The notes under the pieces are model-generated. The model worked only from the letters and a program-made list of their open reading frames with translations. It was not told the origin of the DNA and made no database searches. Source: a virus. From it: DNA of 64,000 bases. The position numbers and the translations under genes were made by a program. Below are positions 19,081 to 28,944 of the stretch, in pieces; position 1 is the stretch's first letter, and every line of letters starts with the position of its first letter. Location: positions 32,001 to 96,000 of the IMG/VR virus record IMGVR_UViG_3300013014_000020; one strand, written 5' to 3'.

Positions 19081-22000
19081 TTAATTAAATGTTATTTTAT
19101 CATTAAAGTTATTATCATTATTTATATTATTATCAGAATATGTTTTTTTCAATAATTTTTCATTATCTTTATAGTTATTATCTTTTTCAGTTGAGTATTT
19201 CATTTTAGTTTCAAATGGTTCAATTTTGTAATTTTTAAAAGTTTGATATGTCGGACTAGTTTCAAAATCGGTTAAAATTTTTGTTTCAGCATTTTTTTCT
19301 TTAATAAAAAGAGTTTTAAGTTCTTCACAAACATTACGAATATCTTCTTCCATTAATGTGTTTTTCTTAACAAGTTCTGTCATTAAACTTTCAACAAATG
19401 GTTGGTATTTTGCATCATCAGTGAAAATATTTGACATACATAGATAGAATCTTTCGTCTTCTACGGTGTCAAATTCTAGTCTTAATATTGGTACAAAACT
19501 ATAATCTTCTGTTACTACCTCTTCATCTAAAACCTTATTTAATGTAAGTCCACTAAGATATTCATCTAATCTATAACCTATATTAGTTTGATAGTTTTCT
19601 GCAACTAACTCAAATGGTGTTGGATTTGGTGATGGTGTTGGTGGTTGTAAATTATAAACAACATATTTACCGGTATCTAACTTAAAACCATCAACTTTAT
19701 GATTAACTAAATCTAATTTTCTAAAGGTTTGTACATAATTTTCTTGGTATTTTGTAATTTCATTTTGTGGTCCTATAAGTGCCTCATTTAATTCATCTAA
19801 TCTTTCTGTTATTATATCAATTAATTTATTTTTAAGTTGTCTAATTGCTGAATCTGGATATCCATTTGTACTCTTTTTAACTTTTAAAATAATTGGGTTT
19901 TTATCGTCTTTTACATCATTTCTAGCTTGTCTAATAATGTTTTCAACGTCATCTTCAACTTTTGTTGGTTTTCCAAAAATTTCAGTTAATACTTTATCAG
20001 GATCATATTGTGCTAAAGTTCCTGAAAAATATTTTACATTTTTATATAGGTATTGTATAAAGCCATAGTTTGTAACATTGTTTACAGTTTTTAACTGATC
20101 AAAAATTGTTATAAAATAATTTTTAGTGTTATCTGATAATTCTTTAAAGATGTCGGTGTATTCTATTTCACCTTCCTCATACTCACCATTATCAAATGAT
20201 ATTGTACTCAAAATTTTACCAATAGTTGAACCGCCATTGTTATTAATAATGTCTGGTACATCAGCACTAGTTGTTTGAATTGGTGGTGGTGGTGTTTCCT
20301 TAACCGAAAGTAGTTTCTTTGCAAAGTCTTCGTCGTTCTTTTTTCCACTTTGATCTGTCGCAACAGCTCTATCATCATATATTTCAGTATTAGCATAAAA
20401 ATTAAATGATAATGCATTTTGTAATTGTGCGACAGGTTCCGCTAACCCGTGTCCACCAATAAAATCAAAACTCAATGAAACTTTAGCAATCATTGGTTGC
20501 ACCCCAATTCCTTCTGGGTTAATATCATATATTAATGGGTCATAAGTTATTTGTAGTTGTGTTGGTACTATTTTAGTGTGATAAAAATCACCAACTCTCA
20601 ATACTAATATTGGTGGTGTTCCAAATGATGTATTCCTTGCGTCGTTATATTTTGGTTTACCGTCTGGACCAATTACCGGTATTGTTTCACCCGGTCTAAC
20701 ACATTGATTAAGAAATGTTAATCTAGAATTTAAACCTTCTGGTGTTGTTGAGTGGAACGCCGGATGGAAATACTTTATCTTGTCTTGGATGCTTGCAAGA
20801 ACCATTGGTTGATCTTCTTTTATTAAATCAAAATAATCGCATTCAGAAAATAAAAATCTTAATACTTTTTTAGAAATACCTTCTTTTAATTTTTTTGCAG
20901 GATCAATTGGTCTTGTCGTCACGGGTGTTACAACAACATCTTCGATTGGTGGGTCACCACAATTATTTTCACAATCCGTTAAGCCGCTAAACGGTGCTGT
21001 TGGGTCATCAGTTTCAATACAAATACCATTTACACACTTATATCTTTTATTTACCTGTGGTGTTATTGGTATCGGTGACGGTGACGGTGTTGGGGGTATC
21101 GGTGAAGGTGCTGGTGTTGGGGGTGGTTTTGGTTTTGTAACCGAAATTTTATTAATACCGACTCTACGACAAACCATAGCTGGAACACTATACCATTGAG
21201 AATTGTTTGTAACAGCATTTAAATTAACATCTTTAATATTGTTAGTACAATTAACACCTTTTCCGGCACCATTATTTGTTTGTGGTATTATATACTGTTC
21301 ACCACTTGCAGTATATTTAAATTTAACTTTACCTTGACTTTGTAATGTAGCCATTGTGTCATTACCAAGTTTTTGTTTTAAAAACCATTTTTTTACAGAA
21401 TCATTTCTTCTTTGTGATAAATTATTATTATACCCAACTGAAGCTGGGGCTGACGCTGATCCTTGTAATTCTAAAACTACGGTACCACCTTGATCTATAA
21501 TTATTTCTTTAAGTTTTGGTAAAAGTTCATCTTTAATTTTTTTAAAGTTGCCAATAATTACTTGGTCAAAAAATGGTATTACTTCTGCTCTTGTGAATAC
21601 ATCACCACCACTACTTACTTTTAAAGGTGCTGAACTTGTATTATAGACAGTTTTTCTTCCTAAATAAACATCGTACCAATATTGATAATCTTGACTATTA
21701 GGTACTGTTGTTTCCCAGCTTCCAGATCCAAATGGATAATCATTGTCAAAATAAAAGGCATATCCTTCCCATTCTGTTAATTCGGTATTGGTGATTTCTT
21801 GTTCTTTATTCGGTACAGCATTTGTGTTTGATGTGCTATTACTATTGTTTTCTGAAACGTTAACAGCATTACCTGTATTGGCAATAATAGGATTGTCACC
21901 ACCACCAGAAGACGCATCAATTTGTGGTTCTGGATTTACTGGTATTTCATCTAACACACCATATTTTTCTTCGTCTGTAAGTCTTGGGTCTGCTAATAAT

Positions 22001-24294
22001 TTTTGATATTCATAAAGTTGATTAACAGGAATTGTATTAAATTTAGCGGCTAAATCATATAAATCATATTTCACACAACCAGCAAAAAATGAATCCATAA
22101 TAGAGTCAACTTGTTCTGGTGAAAACTTATCTAATTGTTTTCTAATAATTGTGTTCATCATAGACGGATGATCAACAACAATTTTCCAAGCTATTGAACC
22201 GGTTCTTGTCGTGTTTTTATATGTATGTATTGGTTCTGGTCTACCAAGGAACGATGTTGGGTTCCAGTTAGCTGTTGATGAATCACTAAAAGTTAAATCG
22301 TATGGTGGGAACCACATAATTCTTCCTCCGTTTGGTCCTCTTTCACACACTGGTAAATCATCATATGTAAAACCTGGTTGACTTGATGTCCTCCAAGCAA
22401 GATTTTCCAAAGAAAACATATATTTTTTAACTTTTTGATCAAATATATTTGTTGATCCAGGATTTCTTAATGGCGCAATGTTTAAATTATATGTGTTATC
22501 TAACACTGAATAGTCAAATTTTCTACCGGCAATTGTAATACCATCTGTTTTTTGTAAATCACCATAAGTAAAATACGGTGTATCCTTTTGGAAAACTCTA
22601 CAATATTCTCTTCCAACTTCCGAACCTTCAATTCCTATTGTTTCTGAATCGGTTACACTATCATAATAAGCAATTACTTGTGAACCTTTCGTCATTTCTT
22701 TGTATCCATCATTAAAGACTTTGGATACTTGATTAATTGCATTTCCTACGTGTTGTAATCTTTTTGCACCAGTAACATTATCGGCAGCATTAATTAATCT
22801 TTGTGTATTATCTAAAATGGAACCACCTTTAAATTCAAAACCGGTTGATTCTGTATCTGCGTTAAATTCTCCTTTAACTGCGTCAAATTGTTTATCTTGT
22901 GGTTGTACTGGGTCACCGCCAGGTGCAACCTTGAATCCTAAGTTATCTTTATATTTTGGTGAAACCCAAGTAAATTGTCCTGTTATTCCACCTTGGTTTG
23001 AATATGATTTTCCGGCTAAACCAAATTTAATTTTATCTTCATTTCCTTCGTAAAGTTTACCTAAACTATCAGGACCATAAACTAGACTTGGTTGTTGATT
23101 TCCAAATCTATCAGTAGGAATTTCATTTGCGGGTGAATTTATTGTTGATGGATCGGCTTGACTACTACCAACGTAATACCCACTACCACCGTCCTCTGTG
23201 TTTCCACCTAAAAGATTATTAATAGCATCTGTAACGCCAAGTATTAATCCTTTATCATAATTTGGTCTATAGATGTTATACTGAATACTTCTAAATAATA
23301 CAGATTTTTGTCCGTAACCGGTATTCTCTAAAAATAAAACCGAAGGGTTTTTGTAATTTGGTAATAACGAACCTAATGCACCACCAGTTAAATTATTTAC
23401 AACGTTAAGAGCTCCTTGTGTTTGATCATTTTGACCTTGTAATGGTTTTGTAAAATAATCACCAGGAATCAATGATACTGGAAAATAAGTACCGCTTAGT
23501 CTGTTTGCAAAAGAAACGGCGGCTAATAACGGATTTTGCGGAATTGTAATTTTCCAATTTTTATTAATTAGTGGTTGTTGACCGCTTGCAACAAGTGACG
23601 CTTCAAATGGATCTTGTAATGAATCTAAATTTACAATACTATTAATTGTATTGTTAACCTCATCTGCAATTCTTTTTTCAAAAGCTTCTTTTAATTTTTT
23701 CGCACCAATTTGTGCTAGTAATGAATCTTGTGATAGTGGTCCTGGTGTTCCCGTTGGATTTGAAGATGATAATATTTCAAAAGGACTATATATTGAATAT
23801 AAAAAATTAATTGGTACTGATTGAAATACACTACCATTAGATGTTGCATATGGTGAAAAGTATTGTAAGTTATTAAAATTATCAGTAATAATTACTAAAT
23901 CTTTATAACCACTTTCTGGTCCATAAACATTTTTTATGTATGCCGAATCAATATAAAATTCATTAACTAAATCTATTTCTGCGTTGTCTTGTCCGTATTC
24001 ACCTTGATTTGGTGTTACTGGTAATGGCTCACCATCAGTTGATATAATATTGTTATAACCACCTTCTGGTCCATATTCATTTAATGTATAAAGTTGGTTT
24101 GCTTGTACTGTAGTCCCAATTAAATCATTCGGCGAATTAATGACTGAACTATCATTCATTGGTGATACTTCGTAATTTACATTTCCAGATGGTGGGCTAT
24201 AAGCCCCTGGGACATTATAGGGTGTTAAATTCCTGCCCATTAGGATATTCCTAAATGTAGCTGTTGAATTAAACGATAATGAACTTTCAGACAT
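19081..24294 (-). CDS. Large tail-tip protein: tube-initiator-like fold with an inserted OmpA-like peptidoglycan-binding domain
   Basis: FPPYDLTFSDSSTANWNPTSFLGRPEPIHTYKNTTR...PPILVLRVGDF (tube-initiator-like) flank FYFDND...LQGSASAPASVGYNNNLSQRRNDSV (OmpA C-like). Lies immediately after the tape measure gene. Confidence 0.6.
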   Translation of the reverse strand: MSESSLSFNSTATFRNILMGRNLTPYNVPGAYSPPSGNVNYEVSPMNDSSVINSPNDLIGTTVQANQLYTLNEYGPEGGYNNIISTDGEPLPVTPNQGEYGQDNAEIDLVNEFYIDSAYIKNVYGPESGYKDLVIITDNFNNLQYFSPYATSNGSVFQSVPINFLYSIYSPFEILSSSNPTGTPGPLSQDSLLAQIGAKKLKEAFEKRIADEVNNTINSIVNLDSLQDPFEASLVASGQQPLINKNWKITIPQNPLLAAVSFANRLSGTYFPVSLIPGDYFTKPLQGQNDQTQGALNVVNNLTGGALGSLLPNYKNPSVLFLENTGYGQKSVLFRSIQYNIYRPNYDKGLILGVTDAINNLLGGNTEDGGSGYYVGSSQADPSTINSPANEIPTDRFGNQQPSLVYGPDSLGKLYEGNEDKIKFGLAGKSYSNQGGITGQFTWVSPKYKDNLGFKVAPGGDPVQPQDKQFDAVKGEFNADTESTGFEFKGGSILDNTQRLINAADNVTGAKRLQHVGNAINQVSKVFNDGYKEMTKGSQVIAYYDSVTDSETIGIEGSEVGREYCRVFQKDTPYFTYGDLQKTDGITIAGRKFDYSVLDNTYNLNIAPLRNPGSTNIFDQKVKKYMFSLENLAWRTSSQPGFTYDDLPVCERGPNGGRIMWFPPYDLTFSDSSTANWNPTSFLGRPEPIHTYKNTTRTGSIAWKIVVDHPSMMNTIIRKQLDKFSPEQVDSIMDSFFAGCVKYDLYDLAAKFNTIPVNQLYEYQKLLADPRLTDEEKYGVLDEIPVNPEPQIDASSGGGDNPIIANTGNAVNVSENNSNSTSNTNAVPNKEQEITNTELTEWEGYAFYFDNDYPFGSGSWETTVPNSQDYQYWYDVYLGRKTVYNTSSAPLKVSSGGDVFTRAEVIPFFDQVIIGNFKKIKDELLPKLKEIIIDQGGTVVLELQGSASAPASVGYNNNLSQRRNDSVKKWFLKQKLGNDTMATLQSQGKVKFKYTASGEQYIIPQTNNGAGKGVNCTNNIKDVNLNAVTNNSQWYSVPAMVCRRVGINKISVTKPKPPPTPAPSPIPPTPSPSPIPITPQVNKRYKCVNGICIETDDPTAPFSGLTDCENNCGDPPIEDVVVTPVTTRPIDPAKKLKEGISKKVLRFLFSECDYFDLIKEDQPMVLASIQDKIKYFHPAFHSTTPEGLNSRLTFLNQCVRPGETIPVIGPDGKPKYNDARNTSFGTPPILVLRVGDFYHTKIVPTQLQITYDPLIYDINPEGIGVQPMIAKVSLSFDFIGGHGLAEPVAQLQNALSFNFYANTEIYDDRAVATDQSGKKNDEDFAKKLLSVKETPPPPIQTTSADVPDIINNNGGSTIGKILSTISFDNGEYEEGEIEYTDIFKELSDNTKNYFITIFDQLKTVNNVTNYGFIQYLYKNVKYFSGTLAQYDPDKVLTEIFGKPTKVEDDVENIIRQARNDVKDDKNPIILKVKKSTNGYPDSAIRQLKNKLIDIITERLDELNEALIGPQNEITKYQENYVQTFRKLDLVNHKVDGFKLDTGKYVVYNLQPPTPSPNPTPFELVAENYQTNIGYRLDEYLSGLTLNKVLDEEVVTEDYSFVPILRLEFDTVEDERFYLCMSNIFTDDAKYQPFVESLMTELVKKNTLMEEDIRNVCEELKTLFIKEKNAETKILTDFETSPTYQTFKNYKIEPFETKMKYSTEKDNNYKDNEKLLKKTYSDNNINNDNNFNDKITFN

Positions 24295-24354
24295 TAATTT
24301 TAATTTTATTTATAAATAGATTATAAATAATTTTTTTGAAATGTAATTAAGAGT

Positions 24355-26385
24355 TTATTGTGGTTTGTACCAGGCTGGTATTAAATTATTATTGGTTTGG
24401 ATGTCATTAATCTTTTTAATAAACTCAGCCATTTTACTTGGGTCTTTGTAATATTCAGTGATAGCATTACTCATTAAAGTTGTTAATGCGTCATTTCTTA
24501 TTGCAGGATCCATTGTAACATTAATATCAATCTTATTTGTTAAATCAATTTTAGACTCTGCTGGTTTGTTTTGAGTGCTTGATGGTGTTGTGTTGTTCAC
24601 AACGCTATTTGAACTAACCGCATTATTCGAATTGTTTATTGCGGTATTGCTTACACTACTTGTAGATTTTGTATTTTCTTTTCTGAATAATGTTTCTAAT
24701 TCTGGTGAATTAGTTTTAAAATCTGTACCCATTTGTTCAAAAAATTGGTCACTTGTAATTGTACTATAAGCTTTACCTAATGTTTCAAGTGTTGATGATG
24801 CCAAATCTTTTAAGTCTTCGACACTACTCACATTTTTTATTTTCTTATACAGAGTTTCAACTTCAGTTGTTACTCCAGCAACTCTATCACCAATAACACC
24901 TAATCCAACTCTTATGTTTTCAGATTCCCTATATTCATCTTTTACGATTCCTTTTGGTGATTCTGGAGCTTCAAATCCAGCTTTTCTAACACCAGTTGTT
25001 ATTGCCTCATATCCAGTTTGCATTAATGAAGTTGTTGCAGCTCCAAAACCCATAGCAGTCAATGTTGCTGATATTTTAGCGTCAATTGATTGTAAAGAAG
25101 AAAGTTGGTCAATTGCAAGTTCCTCCATAGATTTTCCTTGTAATTCTTGAGATTCTTTTAAAGATTGTATTTCGTTAACTTGTAAATCTGTAACTTCTTT
25201 CATTACATATTCTCCAGTCCATTTATCTTTTTTACCAGTTTTTTCGTCTACCACAAATTGTTTAACCTTAACTTCAGCAATACCTTGTTTATTAATTTGA
25301 GCCATAGTTGCAATCATTTCCCTATCTTCTTTTGATGTTCCAGGTGAAAATTTGATTTGTTTCATTTTATAATCTAAATTTGCGGCATTTAAAGACATTT
25401 TTGCTAGTTCACCACTCGTCATACCTAAAGCTTCTGCAACTTCTCTTAATCTTCTTTTTTCTCCGGGCATAATTTGAAACTCACCCAGATTTTTATTAAA
25501 ACTTACAAAATCTTTTGACATTTTTACAATTTGATTTTGTAGTTCAGTTGGGTCATTTGCCGATAAATCCATTAACTTTAGTGGGTCTGTTAAAGCACTT
25601 GTTTGAACACCTAATCTTTGTAGAGAGGCTGCCATTTCTATTGCACTTTCTGGGTTAAAGGCTTTTTCTGTAATTTCAAACATTTTACCCATATCTATTC
25701 CGAGTTTAGATGCTTGAACTGACATTTTAGCAAGTCCTTTAACACCACCATCAAAATTATATAAATTCATTACGCCGATATTTTTTGTTACTTTGTCGGC
25801 AACATCCCTCACAATAGCACCAGATTCTTTTGCTACTTTTGTTACATCCATCATTTTGTCGGCAACACCACTTAAATTAACACCAACACCTCTAAATGAT
25901 GATGCTAAGTCTTTCGCACTAACACCGGTTACTTTAGCGGTTGCTGCTAGTTCTGCCATTCGTTCGTCACTAATTGATATGTTAGTACCAAACACAGAAG
26001 ATAAATCAATATATTGTTTTTGAACTTCACCAATTGATAAACCTAGTTCAGCAAACTTTGGGGCACTGTCTGCAATTAATTTTCTAAACTCATCTGCTTT
26101 TTTTGAACCGGTACCTAAGGCTTCATTAATTTTTGCACTTTCTTGATCCAAAAATTTTAATCTAGCTAGATTGCCTTCTAATGATAATAAATCAGTAATA
26201 CTACCCTTAATTGTTTGCATTACGGAACCTACTGTATCTGCAACACCTAAAACACCATTTTTAGCGGCTGTTGTTAATAAGTCTGAATATTTGGTAGCAT
26301 TTTGTAAAGTTGCGGTATTGTTAGCTTCGACTTGGGCTAATTCCAAATCGGCTTTACTTGTTTTGGCGCTTTCATCAAACATCAT
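24355..26385 (-). CDS. Tape measure protein
   Basis: Ala/Leu-rich helical protein directly downstream of the tube and chaperone genes; canonical position. Confidence 0.75.
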   Translation of the reverse strand: MMFDESAKTSKADLELAQVEANNTATLQNATKYSDLLTTAAKNGVLGVADTVGSVMQTIKGSITDLLSLEGNLARLKFLDQESAKINEALGTGSKKADEFRKLIADSAPKFAELGLSIGEVQKQYIDLSSVFGTNISISDERMAELAATAKVTGVSAKDLASSFRGVGVNLSGVADKMMDVTKVAKESGAIVRDVADKVTKNIGVMNLYNFDGGVKGLAKMSVQASKLGIDMGKMFEITEKAFNPESAIEMAASLQRLGVQTSALTDPLKLMDLSANDPTELQNQIVKMSKDFVSFNKNLGEFQIMPGEKRRLREVAEALGMTSGELAKMSLNAANLDYKMKQIKFSPGTSKEDREMIATMAQINKQGIAEVKVKQFVVDEKTGKKDKWTGEYVMKEVTDLQVNEIQSLKESQELQGKSMEELAIDQLSSLQSIDAKISATLTAMGFGAATTSLMQTGYEAITTGVRKAGFEAPESPKGIVKDEYRESENIRVGLGVIGDRVAGVTTEVETLYKKIKNVSSVEDLKDLASSTLETLGKAYSTITSDQFFEQMGTDFKTNSPELETLFRKENTKSTSSVSNTAINNSNNAVSSNSVVNNTTPSSTQNKPAESKIDLTNKIDINVTMDPAIRNDALTTLMSNAITEYYKDPSKMAEFIKKINDIQTNNNLIPAWYKPQ

Positions 26386-26411
26386 TGGATTCTAGTTTAT
26401 TGATAAATACT

Positions 26412-26561
26412 TTATTGTTGATTTTGTTCTGAAATTTTATCAATAACATACCTTCTGAAATATGTTGGCATAATCAGATAGTCACTATAAGAAAGTTTTA
26501 ACATTCTAGCTAAATAAATGTATTCGTCAATAAGTCTTAACTTATATTGAGAAGAAAGGCC
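26412..26561 (-). CDS. gp51/'GT'-like chaperone extension, probably reached by frameshift from the upstream gene
   Basis: The +1 frame after TTT TTT C reads GLSSQYKLRLIDEYIYLARMLKLSYSDYLIMPTYFRRYVIDKISEQNQQ*, with the MP..R motif of tail chaperone C-terminal extensions. Confidence 0.7.
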   Translation of the reverse strand, partial: GLSSQYKLRLIDEYIYLARMLKLSYSDYLIMPTYFRRYVIDKISEQNQQ

Positions 26562-27312
26562 GAAAAAACTCCACCCCAAAAGCAATAGATACTACTGCTC
26601 TTTCTCCAGACGGGGCTATAACTTCTTTTGATAGATCAAGTCTAGGTTCGTTTTCAAACATAAAGTTTCTAATATACTTGGAATCAGAAATAGGCATTGA
26701 TTCAACAAATTTTGCAATATCACCTTTGTTTGCTTTTCCGTCCAATTCAACAATAAGTTTATTAAGTCTTAATGTAACTGTTGGTTGGATTCTTCCTTGT
26801 GGGTATGACTCTAATGTTCTTTCTATTTCTAGATAATCCCTCATATTTAAAGGTTTTAATTTGACCGTTGATTTACTCCTTGGTAAGGTAACAGTAAATG
26901 TACCGTCACTATCTGGGTTTACTGGATTTTTTTTAATATTTAATTCATCAAGAACAATTGTAGCATCAAATAATTTTCCGGTTTGTGGATCTGGAACTGA
27001 AACGACATATTCTGGTCCAAAAGATGTATTTCTTAAAAAAAGTAATATTGCCTCCAAATCACCGTCTAATAATTCTTCTGGTCTTAAATCTGGTTCATAT
27101 AATTTATTTCTTAATAAAGGTAATATTAATGTTTCTTTAATGGATTTATTGCCGTCCATATTAACCAATATGTTTTCATCAGCAGCCGTTAGATATCCAA
27201 CCTTAACACTTTTCTTTTTATTTGGATAGAAGATTCCTCCAGACGGTAGCGGTACTACATCGTGTGGTAAATTAAAATTCATTTGTCCATAATCATTAAC
27301 ATTAGTTTCCAT
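26542..27312 (-). CDS. Tail/baseplate assembly chaperone, T4 gp26-like
   Basis: VVPLPSGGIFY..LTAADENIL..LFLRNTSFGPEY, ending in EFFRP; lies between the tube and tape measure genes. Confidence 0.8.
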   Translation of the reverse strand: METNVNDYGQMNFNLPHDVVPLPSGGIFYPNKKKSVKVGYLTAADENILVNMDGNKSIKETLILPLLRNKLYEPDLRPEELLDGDLEAILLFLRNTSFGPEYVVSVPDPQTGKLFDATIVLDELNIKKNPVNPDSDGTFTVTLPRSKSTVKLKPLNMRDYLEIERTLESYPQGRIQPTVTLRLNKLIVELDGKANKGDIAKFVESMPISDSKYIRNFMFENEPRLDLSKEVIAPSGERAVVSIAFGVEFFRPFFSI

Positions 27313-27357
27313 ATTCTTTTTTATTATAAAAATATCTTACTTATGTTTTTTGTAAAT

Positions 27358-27392
27358 AAAAAACCCACATAACAAAAAATTATGCGGGTTTT
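27358..27392 (-). terminator. Rho-independent terminator after the tail tube gene
   Basis: Minus strand AAAACCCGCATAA-loop-TTATGTGGGTTTTTT. Confidence 0.7.
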
Positions 27393-27411
27393 AAATATCA
27401 TTTGGAGTAAA

Positions 27412-27900
27412 TTAGTATACTAAAATACAACGGTCCATACGAAGTGTTGCCGAAATATCAGCAATTGCATCCTGTGAATAAGATAAAGAACCAAAGTTCA
27501 AGTCTGTCATAAATGTACCTTCTAAAATCCATTTTTCAACAACTACCCCAGTTGGGTCTAACATTTCTAAATCAACATTCTTTTTGTATCCAGCGGCATA
27601 ACCCATACGACCGGTAACTGATTCAGCACATAGACGCATCCATTCCATTAATGCTTGTGATGCAGACGGTCCGATTGGGTCTCTAAATTTAACAGTAATT
27701 GGATCCCAGTTAAATCTACCAGCAACATAAGTTGATGTGTTTAAAAATTGAATTTCAGTTGAACCTACTTTAATTGATGGTCTTGATGCGCTTTCAACGA
27801 ACCACTCGTTAATTCCTAAACTTGAAGGAAACCTAACGATAAACCTGTTCTGCCTTTTTGGTTCATACGGAACTGGCATTTTCATTAATAAATCAGCCAT
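27412..27900 (-). CDS. Tail tube protein, T4 gp19-like
   Basis: EPKRQNRF..RP..YVAGRFNWDPITVKFRDPI..YKKNVDLEMLDPTGVVVEKW. Confidence 0.9.
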   Translation of the reverse strand: MADLLMKMPVPYEPKRQNRFIVRFPSSLGINEWFVESASRPSIKVGSTEIQFLNTSTYVAGRFNWDPITVKFRDPIGPSASQALMEWMRLCAESVTGRMGYAAGYKKNVDLEMLDPTGVVVEKWILEGTFMTDLNFGSLSYSQDAIADISATLRMDRCILVY

Positions 27901-28041
27901 AATTATTTAATTTTTTTTAATTGTTTATTTTCTTTATTTGATAAATATATCTTTATGAAAAATTTTTCTATTTACTTTGACTTTTTTTCAAATTATATAT
28001 TCTATTATAAATACTACTTTAATAATTAATATATTAGTTTA

Positions 28042-28875
28042 TTAATATTCTTTCTTTTCTCCTCCTGCTGTTAAATAAGTCTTTAATATATTATCTTTTT
28101 TTTTATCAAAATGTTTTTTCATAGATTCTACATTTCTTACATCATCATCTGAAAATCCAATAAATGGTGTGAAGTAATTACTAATCTTATTTTTCATCAT
28201 AGCTTTTGTTTGCAAATTCCTTGAAGTTAGTTTTACATAATCAACAAACTCTTCCATAGCATTTATTTTTGCTTGCTCAGGATTAGTTGCCGAACCTTCA
28301 CCAAATGAAACTGGGTAAAATCTACACATATCAAGATAAGACTTTATTAATTGATCTTTTGTTAATTTATCTTCATCCGCCAAATTTCTATATTTTAAGA
28401 GGTTTTTTGCTAATAGATTAGAATTAAGACCATGCATATTTTTCTTTATTAAATTATATACCCCTTGTTTTAATATACTTGGTGTATGACCTCTTGCTGT
28501 TACAATTGAAAATATTGAACCGTTATTAACTGCTTCTATAAAATCAGACCAAGCGGGCCCAGTAGGTGCTTTCATTGCGTCTTCCAAGAATTTTTTGTCC
28601 CCAGTAACTCTAAAATCTCTAAAAGGGTCTTCATCAAAGCCCACAATAGTATGTCCCTCATATCCAAAATCTTCATTTCCAATTAAAGTTCTATATTCAG
28701 CAAAATCTTCGGTCGACATACCAACAGATTTGTTGTTATTATCTTTCAAATAAATTTTTGTTGGCATATACATTAGGTTATCATCCCAGTCAAAAGCATA
28801 GTATTTCATAACTGGTGTATGAGCATCATCAATAATTTCATTGATTATTTGTCTAACTAAATTTTTGTAATTCAT
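28042..28875 (-). CDS. HAD-superfamily phosphatase-like protein
   Basis: FDWDDNL (motif I), IVTARG (motif II), GFSDDD (motif IV). Start moved to ATG 28875 because the track's GTG at 28923 lies inside a terminator and a TATTTAT motif precedes 28875. Confidence 0.75.
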   Translation of the reverse strand: MNYKNLVRQIINEIIDDAHTPVMKYYAFDWDDNLMYMPTKIYLKDNNNKSVGMSTEDFAEYRTLIGNEDFGYEGHTIVGFDEDPFRDFRVTGDKKFLEDAMKAPTGPAWSDFIEAVNNGSIFSIVTARGHTPSILKQGVYNLIKKNMHGLNSNLLAKNLLKYRNLADEDKLTKDQLIKSYLDMCRFYPVSFGEGSATNPEQAKINAMEEFVDYVKLTSRNLQTKAMMKNKISNYFTPFIGFSDDDVRNVESMKKHFDKKKDNILKTYLTAGGEKKEY

Positions 28876-28897
28876 ATTAATAAATATTACATAAAAT

Positions 28898-28926
28898 AAA
28901 AAATGGGGATCAATGACCCCCACTTT
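28898..28926 (-). terminator. Rho-independent terminator after the sheath gene
   Basis: Minus strand GTGGGGGTC-ATT-GATCCCCAT followed by TTTTT. Confidence 0.7.
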
Positions 28927-28944
28927 ATAATAATCTTTAATTGA

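Noticed and set aside
28876-28923. GTG-started N-terminal extension of the HAD ORF
   Set aside because: It lies in the sheath terminator hairpin; ATG 28875 with an upstream TATTTAT is the better start.
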